From positions 1 to 64,000 of IMG/VR virus record IMGVR_UViG_3300033463_000096: 64,000 nucleotides of DNA. One strand, given 5' to 3'. Made by a program: the position numbers and the translations under genes. Origin of the DNA: an uncultured virus (IMG/VR IMGVR_UViG_3300033463_000096) (taxonomy: Duplodnaviria; Heunggongvirae; Uroviricota; Caudoviricetes). Position 1 is the first letter of the stretch. Each line of letters opens with the position of its first letter. Of this stretch, positions 48,272 through 58,041 are shown piece after piece. The notes under the pieces were generated by a model. It saw only the letters and a program-made list of their open reading frames with translations, did not search any database and had not been told where the DNA came from.

Positions 48272-49285
48272 TTACTCCACAGCAACATAAATGGTGTCAT
48301 AATCACGGCAAGCAGTGACATCGCTAGCTTTTGTTGGGTAGTTAGTTGTTGCCCATGAAAGGAAGCGTCTATTTACAAGATTTGCCGAGATGTATTCCCA
48401 AGCACGAACGCCTGATGAAATTCTATCATCATAACCGTTAGGCAAGCCTATAACAGATACGACATATTCTCGTGTCTTTGGATGGTTAGGGTCGGTGCCT
48501 GAGACTAACTTTTCATTAATCACTGTTGTGCTACCGTCGCCATAATAAGTCTTTGCTTCAGATATGGCTTGGTATGACAACTGTTCAGCTTCATTTATTC
48601 GGCTATTGATGCCGGAAATGTGGGTATCAATAGTCTGCATGAAGCTCATGAGTTTTTCATGTTCAGGTTGCAGTGCCAAGAATTTAGCACGAGCACCATC
48701 AGTGATAATCATATCAGCTGTTAAACCATCAGCTGAGTCAGCTGGATATAAGTGTCTTTCCAGCTCGTTAAAATTAAAATTGAGTGCAGATATGCGAGCC
48801 CAATCAGCAACACGATATGGCGAACCTGAAGTACCGTCGCCTACGATAGATGCTGAGTCAGTGAAGAATGCACTAGCCTTAGCCTTGTCAAGTGCAGATA
48901 TCTGATTAGACAAATCGTTTATTGCTGATGTCAGTTCAGGAATGTCACTTGCGCTATTCCAAATATCAGCGCTTGCAGTGACTGCGTTATAAGCGCTGTC
49001 CCAATTAGCAGATTTAGCGCATACTGTATTGTAAGTGCTGTTCCAATAATCAGCACTGGTTAGCGCAGAAACTGCGCTTCCGATATTGTCAAGATCTTCC
49101 GGGGTAATTCCTGATAGGGCGCTGAGCATATCAGCGGTTTCATTCCACTTTTCAACATCACCCGATGTGACGCACACGCATTCTTCTTTTTCGTCAGGGC
49201 AGCACGGTTCGTGCGGCGGAACGACGAATGCTGGTTCAAGGTCGCCGTGAATATGTGGCATACGTTGATAATGCATGTAATCCAT
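48272..49285 (-). CDS. Putative fibrous structural protein
   Basis: SAxWxSxYNxV repeats and GDG motifs; late promoter at 49303-49310. Confidence 0.55.
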   Translation of the reverse strand: MDYMHYQRMPHIHGDLEPAFVVPPHEPCCPDEKEECVCVTSGDVEKWNETADMLSALSGITPEDLDNIGSAVSALTSADYWNSTYNTVCAKSANWDSAYNAVTASADIWNSASDIPELTSAINDLSNQISALDKAKASAFFTDSASIVGDGTSGSPYRVADWARISALNFNFNELERHLYPADSADGLTADMIITDGARAKFLALQPEHEKLMSFMQTIDTHISGINSRINEAEQLSYQAISEAKTYYGDGSTTVINEKLVSGTDPNHPKTREYVVSVIGLPNGYDDRISSGVRAWEYISANLVNRRFLSWATTNYPTKASDVTACRDYDTIYVAVE

Positions 49286-49315
49286 TCTTTACCTCTATAT
49301 TGTATTTATAAAGGT

Positions 49316-49627
49316 TTATTCTATCGGTGTGGATTCGAGTTCCTTAATGTATTTCTCTATTTCGGTCTCTGCGTGCTTTAACCACTTATCCGCAATTAGG
49401 TTGTAGATGAAGTCATAATTATCACAATCTTCAGCATCAAGCGACAATTCAAGTAGACGCTTGTTCACTGGATAAAGATGAAAGTGATAAAAGCACAGCA
49501 CCATTATCTTGAATTCATTGACTGACAAAAACTCTTCAAATGAAAAACCGTTTTTCCCAATCAAAGAAGGGTCTTTCATGACTAGCTCGATTTCACCTAG
49601 GCAATTTGTAATCTCGGTTTCATCCAT
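49316..49627 (-). CDS. Hypothetical protein
   Basis: ATG 49627 (MDETEI) has a GAGGTG RBS. Confidence 0.6.
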   Translation of the reverse strand: MDETEITNCLGEIELVMKDPSLIGKNGFSFEEFLSVNEFKIMVLCFYHFHLYPVNKRLLELSLDAEDCDNYDFIYNLIADKWLKHAETEIEKYIKELESTPIE

Positions 49628-49717
49628 AAGACACCTCAATAGTAAATATAAAAATTTTCTTTAGGCAGAATAAAAGACGCGGAAATAATTCCGCGCCTCC
49701 CTAAATTATTTATTGGC

Positions 49718-51118
49718 CTACCACCTATGTAATTTTTCGTCCAAACGCTTCATGAACGCATCAACGAATGGGTCATAAGCCTCTTCCTGTTTTTCTTCCT
49801 TATGGTTCAAAAGCAAGGCATAAGTCTTGACGATTTTTTCATAAGGGTCCAAGTCCTTTAATTTTTCAAGTTCAGGTTTAAGATCTTCGTTTTCTGCAAG
49901 TCCGGTAAAGAACTCATTAACAGCCTTAACCCATTTACCGTATTCAGTAATGAAACCGTTAGCCTTTTTAATTGTAAGAAGCTTTCCCGCAGCATCTGCC
50001 AATGTCTTAGCCTTTTCGGCTGGGTTATCTTGCTCGCCTTGCTTGTCATTTGGCGCGGTTTCTTCTCCGTCAGTTTTCTTCTGGTCGTTGTTTTCTTTTT
50101 CACCGGCGCCTTCTTGCGGCGTATCGGCTGCCCCGTCCCCAGTATCTCCCGGTCTATCATTTTCACCTTCCTCATTTTCAAACAAAAGCTTAAGTAGTTC
50201 CTGTTGCTGCTGTGCTGCTTCTATGATGCGCTTAACATTGTCCAACTGACCAGTACCAGCTGCATAAGCCCAAACGGCAGGCAAAATGCCTTTATTCTGT
50301 TCGCGGAATGCGTTAATCTTTTTACGCATCTTCTTTGACAAGCCAGATTTTTCATAGGCTGCCTTTAGGCGTTCCAAATCCTGTTTCATCTTTTCAAAGT
50401 TAGGACCTACATTGTCTGGGTGGTCGATAACGGCAGCAACCTCTTTTGCTGCAGTTTCAACACCAGCCACAACATTCTGGTCAACCTGTGGCTGTTCTTC
50501 CTGCTTTTCTTCTTCAGGCTGTTCTTCTGCCTTTTCAATTTCAACGCCGTCAGGATCTCCCTGAGGTTCTGCTGCCAATTTCAGCTTGGTAGCATTCTTG
50601 AACAAATCAGCACCGCTTGAAAGTGTTTCAGCGACTTGCTTAATTTCATTGAAGAATTTTTCGTGCGGCATCTTCGTAAGTTCTTGTAGCTTAGCACCGA
50701 TGTCAGCAATCTTCTTAGCCATAGCCCAATAATTATGGGCAGTCTTTTCCATTTCTGAAGATTCGTATTTCTGCTTGGTTAGCCACTCAAATGAGTCAAT
50801 CTTAACTGTCTCGTTTTGTGCAGGTGTGGCGAGGAACGGCAGCTTCTTTAAGTCACCGCTTTGTGAAATGATTTCTTTATAGTACCTGCCATACTGCTTG
50901 ACGGCTTCATCAAACAATTTCGCATAGTCAGCGCCCAAAACAAGTGAGCCACCTTCATTTGTTGTAAATGTCAGTTCTTCACCTTTGACTGTTGCCAAAT
51001 TTTGGTTCAACATGGCAAAGCCGGCGCATAGATACTTATCCATGCACTTCCAGCATGTTTCAGAAACCCTATTAGTGATTTCCTTCAGCTTCTCCAGGTT
51101 TTGATTCTGTTCCGCCAT
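49718..51118 (-). CDS. Hypothetical helical late protein
   Basis: Start taken as ATG 51118 (MAEQNQ) with GGAG RBS; contains acidic linkers. Confidence 0.65.
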   Translation of the reverse strand: MAEQNQNLEKLKEITNRVSETCWKCMDKYLCAGFAMLNQNLATVKGEELTFTTNEGGSLVLGADYAKLFDEAVKQYGRYYKEIISQSGDLKKLPFLATPAQNETVKIDSFEWLTKQKYESSEMEKTAHNYWAMAKKIADIGAKLQELTKMPHEKFFNEIKQVAETLSSGADLFKNATKLKLAAEPQGDPDGVEIEKAEEQPEEEKQEEQPQVDQNVVAGVETAAKEVAAVIDHPDNVGPNFEKMKQDLERLKAAYEKSGLSKKMRKKINAFREQNKGILPAVWAYAAGTGQLDNVKRIIEAAQQQQELLKLLFENEEGENDRPGDTGDGAADTPQEGAGEKENNDQKKTDGEETAPNDKQGEQDNPAEKAKTLADAAGKLLTIKKANGFITEYGKWVKAVNEFFTGLAENEDLKPELEKLKDLDPYEKIVKTYALLLNHKEEKQEEAYDPFVDAFMKRLDEKLHRW

Positions 51119-52124
51119 CTGATTCTCCACTATTTGTTGGACCATTACTGAGCAACGGTTTTGCTTCCTTAATGGCATCATCAATTTCTTTCTTAAGTGA
51201 CTTGACTGTCACCTTCTTATAATCATTAAAGCGTGCTAATGCTCTCTTCTTCTGTATATTCTTCCAAAGCTTATTACCACCACCAATCGCTGCGAAAATC
51301 AACTTAGAGAAAATGTCAGGTGAGTTCTCGCTTATGCCTAAAATTTCGCCTAACTTCTTAGCAGCGTTTTTAGCAGCACCCTTAAGAGCCTTTTTAACCT
51401 TGCCATCTTCTAGGTTCAATGTTCTATTAGTGAAAGGTTCCTTGATATTTTGGCCTTCATCTAGTTCTTTACGGGTTTCTTTAACGCCTTTTTCAAATGC
51501 ACTTTCAAGCTCGTTCTTAACTGCATTATACTTGTTCTTTGTTGCAGCGTCGGTGGCGATATCTTCAGAGTATTCTTTATATTCATCTTCGCCAGCTTTA
51601 ACTAGCTTTTCATAAGTAGTGCCATCAATCTTTTCAGCTGATTTCAAATCTTCAACGGCTTTACGACGGGCGCATGCTTTCAAAACATCGTTCAGTGACT
51701 TGCCCTTGAACATGCCGGCTTTGATGTTCTTGTTATCTTCAAAAGCTATATCGTAAACATCATCATAATTCGTATCAGAAATTTTTGAGAGCAATGCTTC
51801 TGGCTTCTGTTCCAATCCGATTAGGCTTGATGCGCCACGAAGAACGGCAACCTTGCCTAGCTTATAGAATACATCTTCATAATTGAAATGTTCGCTGCTA
51901 TCCTTAATCTGGATAAGCATCTGCTTGATTTTCTTATCTGGAACATCGTTGGTAGCAAGATAGGTCTTTTCGCCATTATCGTCTTCGTAGTAATACTTGC
52001 CTTCGTCGTCCTTTTCAATGTGGTCTCTATATTTGGACAGCGCCTTTGTGTCCTTACCTGCGATGGCTTTTTGTATTCCTGTCTTAACAGGATCCTTCTT
52101 TGTTTCTTCTGTCTTTTCAGCCAT
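51072..52124 (-). CDS. Hypothetical Lys-rich late protein
   Basis: 350-aa ORF downstream of regA. Confidence 0.65.
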   Translation of the reverse strand: MAEKTEETKKDPVKTGIQKAIAGKDTKALSKYRDHIEKDDEGKYYYEDDNGEKTYLATNDVPDKKIKQMLIQIKDSSEHFNYEDVFYKLGKVAVLRGASSLIGLEQKPEALLSKISDTNYDDVYDIAFEDNKNIKAGMFKGKSLNDVLKACARRKAVEDLKSAEKIDGTTYEKLVKAGEDEYKEYSEDIATDAATKNKYNAVKNELESAFEKGVKETRKELDEGQNIKEPFTNRTLNLEDGKVKKALKGAAKNAAKKLGEILGISENSPDIFSKLIFAAIGGGNKLWKNIQKKRALARFNDYKKVTVKSLKKEIDDAIKEAKPLLSNGPTNSGESDGGTESKPGEAEGNH

Positions 52125-52131
52125 ACATTAC

Positions 52132-52536
52132 CTATTCATTGCTAAGGTTTTTCACATTAAATTTCTTGATAAGTTGCCAGTTATGTTTTTCAGCATGTGG
52201 CAAAACAAATATGCGTGTTTGGTGTTCTTCAATTTCTTGCGGTTCTACAACCTCAATCATGTTCCACTTAACAAGGCAATATGCAATAGAATTTCGTCTT
52301 TCAAGATCTTCAAGCGATACATTGCCAAATCCAGGATACCCATCCTTACCGCGGCTCAAAACAAACAACTGCTTGAAATGCGCAAGATAATAAGTGTCAA
52401 ACTGCTTAAGCAGATGGCATGATTGGTATAGCACCTTATTCTTATTATCAGGTATGCCCATTCGGCTCAGCGTTTCTTCAACGATCCACGCATCAACCTT
52501 CAATCTTACTTCTAGCAACTTATTCGTACTTTTCAT
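52132..52536 (-). CDS. regA: Translational repressor RegA
   Basis: ETLSRMGI...LYQSCHLL...YYLAHFKQLF...EDLERRNSIA..L.KW...EKHNWQL. Confidence 0.95.
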   Translation of the reverse strand: MKSTNKLLEVRLKVDAWIVEETLSRMGIPDNKNKVLYQSCHLLKQFDTYYLAHFKQLFVLSRGKDGYPGFGNVSLEDLERRNSIAYCLVKWNMIEVVEPQEIEEHQTRIFVLPHAEKHNWQLIKKFNVKNLSNE

Positions 52537-52538
52537 CT

Positions 52539-52979
52539 TTAACCCAATGTCAGAGGTTCAGGCTGCCAGTCAAATTCCTTCACCTCATTATCAAAAATTA
52601 TTCTAGCAGTAGCAACTGGGTCAAGCTCTTCATCGCCATAACCTAGGAATTCACCGAGCAAGATATCTCGCAATGTTTTATAGCGAACTAACTCGGTTTC
52701 ACTTAGCTTGCTAAAGCCGTAATGTTCATATCCATTCTCACTGTATATTTTCTGAATTTCTTCACGCAGCTTCGTAATGTTCAAATGATGATTATTGAAG
52801 AACAAGATTTTTTCGTCGCCAATAATCTTAGCATTCCAAGTCTTCGGATTAACTTGTTTCAAAACATCAGCAGGTCCATGCTGGTCATTAACCACGGGCT
52901 GTTCTTTAATGTCCTCGCGGTTATATGTCTTGTTCATGTGCATCTGAACATACTGTGTAAATGTGAGTTTATTATTCAT
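52539..52979 (-). CDS. Hypothetical late protein
   Basis: 146-aa ORF; AATAAATA upstream. Confidence 0.65.
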   Translation of the reverse strand: MNNKLTFTQYVQMHMNKTYNREDIKEQPVVNDQHGPADVLKQVNPKTWNAKIIGDEKILFFNNHHLNITKLREEIQKIYSENGYEHYGFSKLSETELVRYKTLRDILLGEFLGYGDEELDPVATARIIFDNEVKEFDWQPEPLTLG

Positions 52980-53000
52980 ACTTAACCTTTGTTGTATTTA

Positions 53001-53405
53001 TTAAGCAGAAATGACTCGTGAGAATTTGTGATACTGATTATCTCCATAAAAGTATGGTATCTCGAGCTCAACAGCATGATTGGCTGAGTCAACATTCACA
53101 TTTGTATTTGGACGGTCAATGCGAACACCCACCCACTTTTCAATCATCTGGAAAACTTCTTCAACAATTTCTTCGGCGTCACCTTCGTTCTGGAACAAAA
53201 GACGGTAGAATGGTGACCAGAAGTCAATGTTGAATAAGCGTTCATAAGGCTCGGTTACGATAACTGCTTCAATGGCCTGGTCAAGAGCATCAGTTCCATA
53301 CACCTCAGCCTTGACACTAAGATCATCGCCGTTAATGTCGCGGTAAGGGTTTTCACCGTATGCACCGTAATCTTTAAAGTCATTATTTGCTGATAATGGT
53401 AGCAT
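53001..53405 (-). CDS. gp25: Baseplate wedge subunit gp25-like
   Basis: DALDQAIEAVIVTEPYERLFNIDF...LLFQ...IEKW. Confidence 0.85.
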   Translation of the reverse strand: MLPLSANNDFKDYGAYGENPYRDINGDDLSVKAEVYGTDALDQAIEAVIVTEPYERLFNIDFWSPFYRLLFQNEGDAEEIVEEVFQMIEKWVGVRIDRPNTNVNVDSANHAVELEIPYFYGDNQYHKFSRVISA

Positions 53406-53406
53406 A

Positions 53407-53769
53407 TTATCCTCTCAACTGAAGCCATGTTTCAGGCATGTTAAAAACAACAGAACCAATCTTGTGAGGTCCTTTGCCAGCAATAACCCTGACATCAAAT
53501 AACCTCACGCCTTGAATGGTTTCCTTTTCTGCGACTACTTGGAATGTATAAGGCACATTGTCAAGTGTTTCGGAATAAGCCTTGTCTCCGACTTGTATTG
53601 GCCTATCTTCAACAGGCGTGTTTTGAAGTGATGGGAAATCATCCTTCACTTCTTGTGCCTTTTTCACTTCCTGATAGATTTGTGCTCTTATCCAATCAGG
53701 TGTTCGCTTGTTCATCGCTATGCTTTTACAAAGTTCATACAGAATATCTCGCTGAATTTGTTCTTTCAT
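53407..53769 (-). CDS. Hypothetical protein
   Basis: ATG 53769 (MKEQIQ) has a GAGG RBS; ATG 53787 is the alternative. Confidence 0.6.
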   Translation of the reverse strand: MKEQIQRDILYELCKSIAMNKRTPDWIRAQIYQEVKKAQEVKDDFPSLQNTPVEDRPIQVGDKAYSETLDNVPYTFQVVAEKETIQGVRLFDVRVIAGKGPHKIGSVVFNMPETWLQLRG

Positions 53770-53770
53770 A

Positions 53771-55165
53771 TTAAACCTCTGTGACAAGTTCGCTTTCTCT
53801 AATCATATCGTTGACCTGGGTCCACTTTTCTTGGCAGTGTTGCTTAAGATCTTCGTCTCCTTCAACTGAAATACGAATTGCGGCACGAAGTGCTGAAATG
53901 ATCCTGCCGTTATAGTAGAAGGCATCGGGCATGTCCATTGACTCATCACCATCGGTCGAGTATTCTTCTGGTTCTGGCAATGTTGTCCAGCCGAGCATAT
54001 CGTTTGAATAGCCCTTCATTGTTGCTGGGTCATTGATGTCAATAGTTTCTTCAACACCGTTCAAGCTCATCTTGATGATACCGTTCTTATCGTCAATTCT
54101 CATGCCGCCGATAACATATTCAGTGCTTGTTTCAGGTGGGAGCTCTTTGTGCTTGCCGAGGAATGCTTCTGCAAACTGGTCGCCCTTAACTGAGAAGTAA
54201 TGGACCATACGGTTCTTCTTCCAGTTGCCGTTCTTGATATCGGTCCAGCTCATGCCGCCTGGGAAAACATTCTTTGACAAGTTGAATGCCTTTGACGCTG
54301 CTCGTGTATCACTTGGACTAATCAGTGCATCAACTGCTTCTTGCAGAACATTCTTTGAATTGTTCAGCTGGTTGATGCGTGAGTCAAATGTATTCATCAT
54401 CTTGTTTGCGGTAGACGCTTCTAGCTTGTAGTTGCCATTGCCGCATTCTTCAATATGCATCTTAGCAAGTGAATCAGTATAGAAGTTTCTTGTAGAGCTA
54501 ATTGAGGTGCAAGAATCGGTCTGGTCAAGAATACAGTTGAAGAATTTCTTGAGCTTTGCCATCATATCAAAGATACCGCTGTCAATCAGCTTATTGATGT
54601 AAGACTGAATCATACGGCGGATATTGTCCTTCTTGCGTTCAAGCATATTCAAGAAGCCTTCAATCTGTTCCTTATAGAAGTTCAAGAGCTTCTTAATTGC
54701 TGACAAGCCGAAATTGAAGGTAAAGCCGAAATTACAGATAGTGTCCATAAATCCGTTATAGTCATTGATGATTTCATTGACGAACTGTTGCTGTTCCTTC
54801 GTAATGACACCTAGCTTAATAAGTGTCTTACAAATCAAGGAGTTTGAGTCAGTCAATTCTTCAATGAAGATATTACATTTATACAAGTTATTACAGAATG
54901 CCGATTTCTTCTTACCTGTTTTTGGGTCTGTCTTATATCCGTCCCACAGCAAGTCAACCAACTTTTTCTGTAAGACTCGTATCCCATTTAAGATAGCTTC
55001 TACGGCAAGGTCAACGGTAAACTTAAGCAAAGACAAGATAGCATCAAACGCCGTATTAAGCATTTGAAGCGTTGTCTGTGCTAGAGCAATACCGACCTGT
55101 AGAGCCGCCTCCACTAGCAAGAAGGTTCCATAAATGTATTCACAAAAGATGCTACCTGGACTCAT
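53771..55165 (-). CDS. Hypothetical late protein
   Basis: 464-aa ORF coupled to the tube-fold genes. Confidence 0.65.
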   Translation of the reverse strand: MSPGSIFCEYIYGTFLLVEAALQVGIALAQTTLQMLNTAFDAILSLLKFTVDLAVEAILNGIRVLQKKLVDLLWDGYKTDPKTGKKKSAFCNNLYKCNIFIEELTDSNSLICKTLIKLGVITKEQQQFVNEIINDYNGFMDTICNFGFTFNFGLSAIKKLLNFYKEQIEGFLNMLERKKDNIRRMIQSYINKLIDSGIFDMMAKLKKFFNCILDQTDSCTSISSTRNFYTDSLAKMHIEECGNGNYKLEASTANKMMNTFDSRINQLNNSKNVLQEAVDALISPSDTRAASKAFNLSKNVFPGGMSWTDIKNGNWKKNRMVHYFSVKGDQFAEAFLGKHKELPPETSTEYVIGGMRIDDKNGIIKMSLNGVEETIDINDPATMKGYSNDMLGWTTLPEPEEYSTDGDESMDMPDAFYYNGRIISALRAAIRISVEGDEDLKQHCQEKWTQVNDMIRESELVTEV

Positions 55166-55821
55166 TACTGCACACTCCAGTGGTCATAATGAATTGTCAT
55201 TGACAATTTTAGACCGTCTTCACTATCATAACTAACCGAACCGCCAGTATCAACATTTGTGATAACGGGGTTCTCAAGAACAAATCTTTTGTATATCCTG
55301 CCGTCAATGGTTCTCAAAGTTATCCAGATGTATGAGAACATCGGTTCAAATTCTGGATGTGTATAATCGTATTGAAGTGTGTCAATTCTCTTGTGTGCAA
55401 GAATATCAAGCAATGCCTTCTTTCTTGTTCCAGGTTCATCTTGGCCTAGCTTATTCGTATTGCCTCTAAGCCAGAACTGCAATTCACTTTCGCCTGAATA
55501 GTCACGGCAAATTGCCTTTGTCATTTTTGAACCAAGGAAGAAGAATTCCTTAGTCTTCGTTTCAAACTTCGGAAGGTCAGCCTTGACACACATGAATGTT
55601 GGGTCAGTAGATACATCATCAAGATTGTATCTTGCTTTTGCTTCAGGTGTAAAGAAAAAGTCAACTTCAAACATCCAGCTCGTTTGCGGCTGGTCCCATG
55701 AAGGCTGCATCTTGTATTGCGGAGCAAACTGTGTCTGCTTGCTCTTCAAGTACTGACCGAGCTTTTCGTCAGATGCGTTATGCAGATCTTCTGCGTTAAA
55801 TCCTTTAGCGTCCTTCCACAT
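55165..55821 (-). CDS. Tail-tube-fold protein (gp19-like paralogue)
   Basis: WMFEVDF, CVKADLPK, FFLGSK, YSGESELQF and VSYDSED..KLSMTIHYDHW. Confidence 0.65.
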   Translation of the reverse strand: MWKDAKGFNAEDLHNASDEKLGQYLKSKQTQFAPQYKMQPSWDQPQTSWMFEVDFFFTPEAKARYNLDDVSTDPTFMCVKADLPKFETKTKEFFFLGSKMTKAICRDYSGESELQFWLRGNTNKLGQDEPGTRKKALLDILAHKRIDTLQYDYTHPEFEPMFSYIWITLRTIDGRIYKRFVLENPVITNVDTGGSVSYDSEDGLKLSMTIHYDHWSVQ

Positions 55822-56429
55822 TATTTACCTGCGTCTTCCGCTCTGTTGTGACGACGCCATAGCATATAGTCGTATGCTATTCTAGCAGTCTTCGTAATCA
55901 CATCATCATCGGTTGTGTAATTGAACTCTTCTTCATTGATACTTACAAGAATACAGTTGTGAAACTCGATGTCAGCGACAACCTTCGTTTCACTATCATT
56001 AGCGCCTACCGTATAACCCGGCTTCAAAATCTGCAAATGCAAGGTGCGGTCAGTCTTATTGAACTGCTGATTATAAATGTAGTTGCCCTGACCTGTAAAG
56101 AAATGGTCATTCGAGCACTCACCGTTGAACAATTCTTCAAGAATATGAGAAATGCTTAAATTTGCATCCTCGTTAAATGTAATGTTCAATTCACCAGTAT
56201 TTTGAACACGGCCTGGGAAGTTTGCTTCCATGCCTGCGTAATATGTCTTAACGATTGACGTTTCACGCTTTCCCCACTGACAATTAACGATAGCGCGGGT
56301 AAGCTGGTTAGCATAATAGGTTTGCTTCTTGTTAAGAATAAAGTTTTCAAAGTTGACCGAGAAACACCATTTGGGCAATGGTTTGTAATTCTTGTAAAAA
56401 GGGTTATCCCAAATTGACTTTATTCCCAT
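55821..56429 (-). CDS. Tail-tube-fold protein (gp19-like paralogue)
   Basis: YYAGMEANFPGRVQNTGELNITFNED and FNYTTDD.VIT....AYDY. ATG 56429 has an AAGGA RBS. Confidence 0.7.
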   Translation of the reverse strand: MGIKSIWDNPFYKNYKPLPKWCFSVNFENFILNKKQTYYANQLTRAIVNCQWGKRETSIVKTYYAGMEANFPGRVQNTGELNITFNEDANLSISHILEELFNGECSNDHFFTGQGNYIYNQQFNKTDRTLHLQILKPGYTVGANDSETKVVADIEFHNCILVSINEEEFNYTTDDDVITKTARIAYDYMLWRRHNRAEDAGK

Positions 56430-56469
56430 ATCATTTTCCTTTTTATTTATTGTATTTATTCTTTGTTTG

Positions 56470-56784
56470 ATATGGGGAACCGGAGACTGTAAGCCCGGTG
56501 GCGAGCTTACCGTCAATGTATCCAATCTTTGTTTTGACTGGGTAAACCGTATGACGTTGTAAGTAGACTTACTTATAGGCTTACGGAGCGGTCAACCTGT
56601 ATTCCGGCTACATCCTATAATGCTATTGGCGGCTGCATGTACTACTTGCTAGGTACTACTTCGCTATTGCATTAGTCGTTCGTTGAAATGGGTAAGCAAT
56701 TCTACCCGAACGGCGTCCCTCTACCGATACTCGCATTGAGTTGCTGTTCGTTCCGAGGAAACGGCTTAAAATTTTGTTCGGGTA
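56470..56784. ncRNA. Candidate structured non-coding RNA (family not recognised)
   Basis: Gap without a credible ORF, containing many nested inverted repeats, e.g. tacccgaac 56703-56711 pairing with gttcgggta 56776-56784. Confidence 0.5.
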
Positions 56785-56811
56785 AAAATATAAAAAAGAT
56801 TTTTAAGAAAA

Positions 56812-56839
56812 CAAAGACTGCGGTTTTAATTCCGCAGTC
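56812..56839 (-). terminator. Rho-independent terminator
   Basis: gactgcgg...ccgcagtc stem with TTTGTTTT on the minus strand. Confidence 0.7.
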
Positions 56840-56868
56840 CCTGAAAATTTATGTCCGCAGTCTAACTA

Positions 56869-57300
56869 TTAGAGATCGTCTTCTAGGTCGAGATCAGACA
56901 AATCGTCTTCTTCTCCACCTTCAAGATCGTCTTCACCAGCGAGGTCATCTTCTTCCGGTTCAATGACGTTCAAATGAGCGCCGCAAACTGGGCAGACACC
57001 TTCTTCTGGGTCAAAGTCAAATTCTGCTTCGTCAATGGCAACTTCACCTGTTCCGCCGCAAGTTGGGCATTCGGTTTCGTTTCCATCTTCGTCTGTGATA
57101 ACGCCGGTTCCGCCGCAGTCCGGACAAGGAACCATTTCAGGTTCTTCACCTTCTTCTGCGCCATCTTCAGCTGGTTCATCTGTAGGAAGATCTTCAGCAC
57201 CTGCGTCTTCAGCCGGTAGCGGAAGTTCATCATCTTCCACAGCTTCATTCATGAAACGGCAAGCACGCTTGCACTGTTCAAGGAATAATTTATCGTTCAT
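56869..57300 (-). CDS. Highly acidic protein with CxxCxGxG zinc finger
   Basis: CPDCGGTG...CPTCGGTG and CPVCG in an Asp/Glu-rich chain; AGGAG RBS. Confidence 0.7.
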   Translation of the reverse strand: MNDKLFLEQCKRACRFMNEAVEDDELPLPAEDAGAEDLPTDEPAEDGAEEGEEPEMVPCPDCGGTGVITDEDGNETECPTCGGTGEVAIDEAEFDFDPEEGVCPVCGAHLNVIEPEEDDLAGEDDLEGGEEDDLSDLDLEDDL

Positions 57301-57336
57301 TGTGATCTCCTATAAAAATCTATTGGTTTATTTTAT

Positions 57337-58041
57337 TTATTTTGCATACATTTTAAGTGCATCATAAATCTCATTCTGCACATATTCAATGTTGACATCA
57401 AATCCTTCAGTTTTCAACTCGCTTTGTAATGCGGTTGCAGCGCGTTTGACGGCGGCCTTTAGGCTGTCAGATAGATAATCAAATCTTTCAAGATATTCTT
57501 GAGAAGGGCGGTTATTGACCGTTAAATCTGGCACATTGTCGCTGATTTCACGAGCATATATTTCCTGTGCCACTGAATATACCTTATCAAGCAAGTATTC
57601 AGACAACTTGTTTTCATCTAGCTTGACGCTTTCTGAAAAGCGTGGTGTCGGACGCTTAAATGAACCCAGATAGCGAACATCTTTGACGATGTCATTTAGA
57701 AGTTCTTTTAGGTTAACGTAATTCTTATCATTGTAAATGAATATGGTTCCGCCAGTGCTGCCCTTAATACCTTCATAATATCCATCAGCTTCAACTCGCT
57801 GTAAAGCAGGCTTAATCTTTACCTTGACAGTATTCTTGCCATGATAAACATATACGATGTTGCCCGCAGCAACATTACATGACCAGCCATCACGACCACC
57901 AAAGTCAGGGTCAAATTTCTTATATAATGCGTCTACGATATCTTGAGCAGTGAACTTTTTCCAGTTATCAGGAGTACCCATCCAATGTTCAGCAACAAGA
58001 CCTGCACCTTCAAGTGTTTTTAATGCTTCATCCAATTCCAT
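57337..58041 (-). CDS. MELNEAL-leader protein (putative internal head protein)
   Basis: N-terminus MELDEALKTLEGAGLVAE. Confidence 0.65.
   Translation of the reverse strand: MELDEALKTLEGAGLVAEHWMGTPDNWKKFTAQDIVDALYKKFDPDFGGRDGWSCNVAAGNIVYVYHGKNTVKVKIKPALQRVEADGYYEGIKGSTGGTIFIYNDKNYVNLKELLNDIVKDVRYLGSFKRPTPRFSESVKLDENKLSEYLLDKVYSVAQEIYAREISDNVPDLTVNNRPSQEYLERFDYLSDSLKAAVKRAATALQSELKTEGFDVNIEYVQNEIYDALKMYAK

Noticed and set aside
51072..51184. Programmed frameshift joining the two overlapping ORFs
   Set aside because: A GGAG-preceded ATG at 51118 explains the overlap, and no clear slippery site was seen.
56474..56550. Twister ribozyme, tmRNA or RNase P identity for the structured locus
   Set aside because: CCGG...AAGCCCGG resembles twister P4, but I could not build the P2 stem and pseudoknots. 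No tRNA-like ends or paired RNase P P4 motifs were found.
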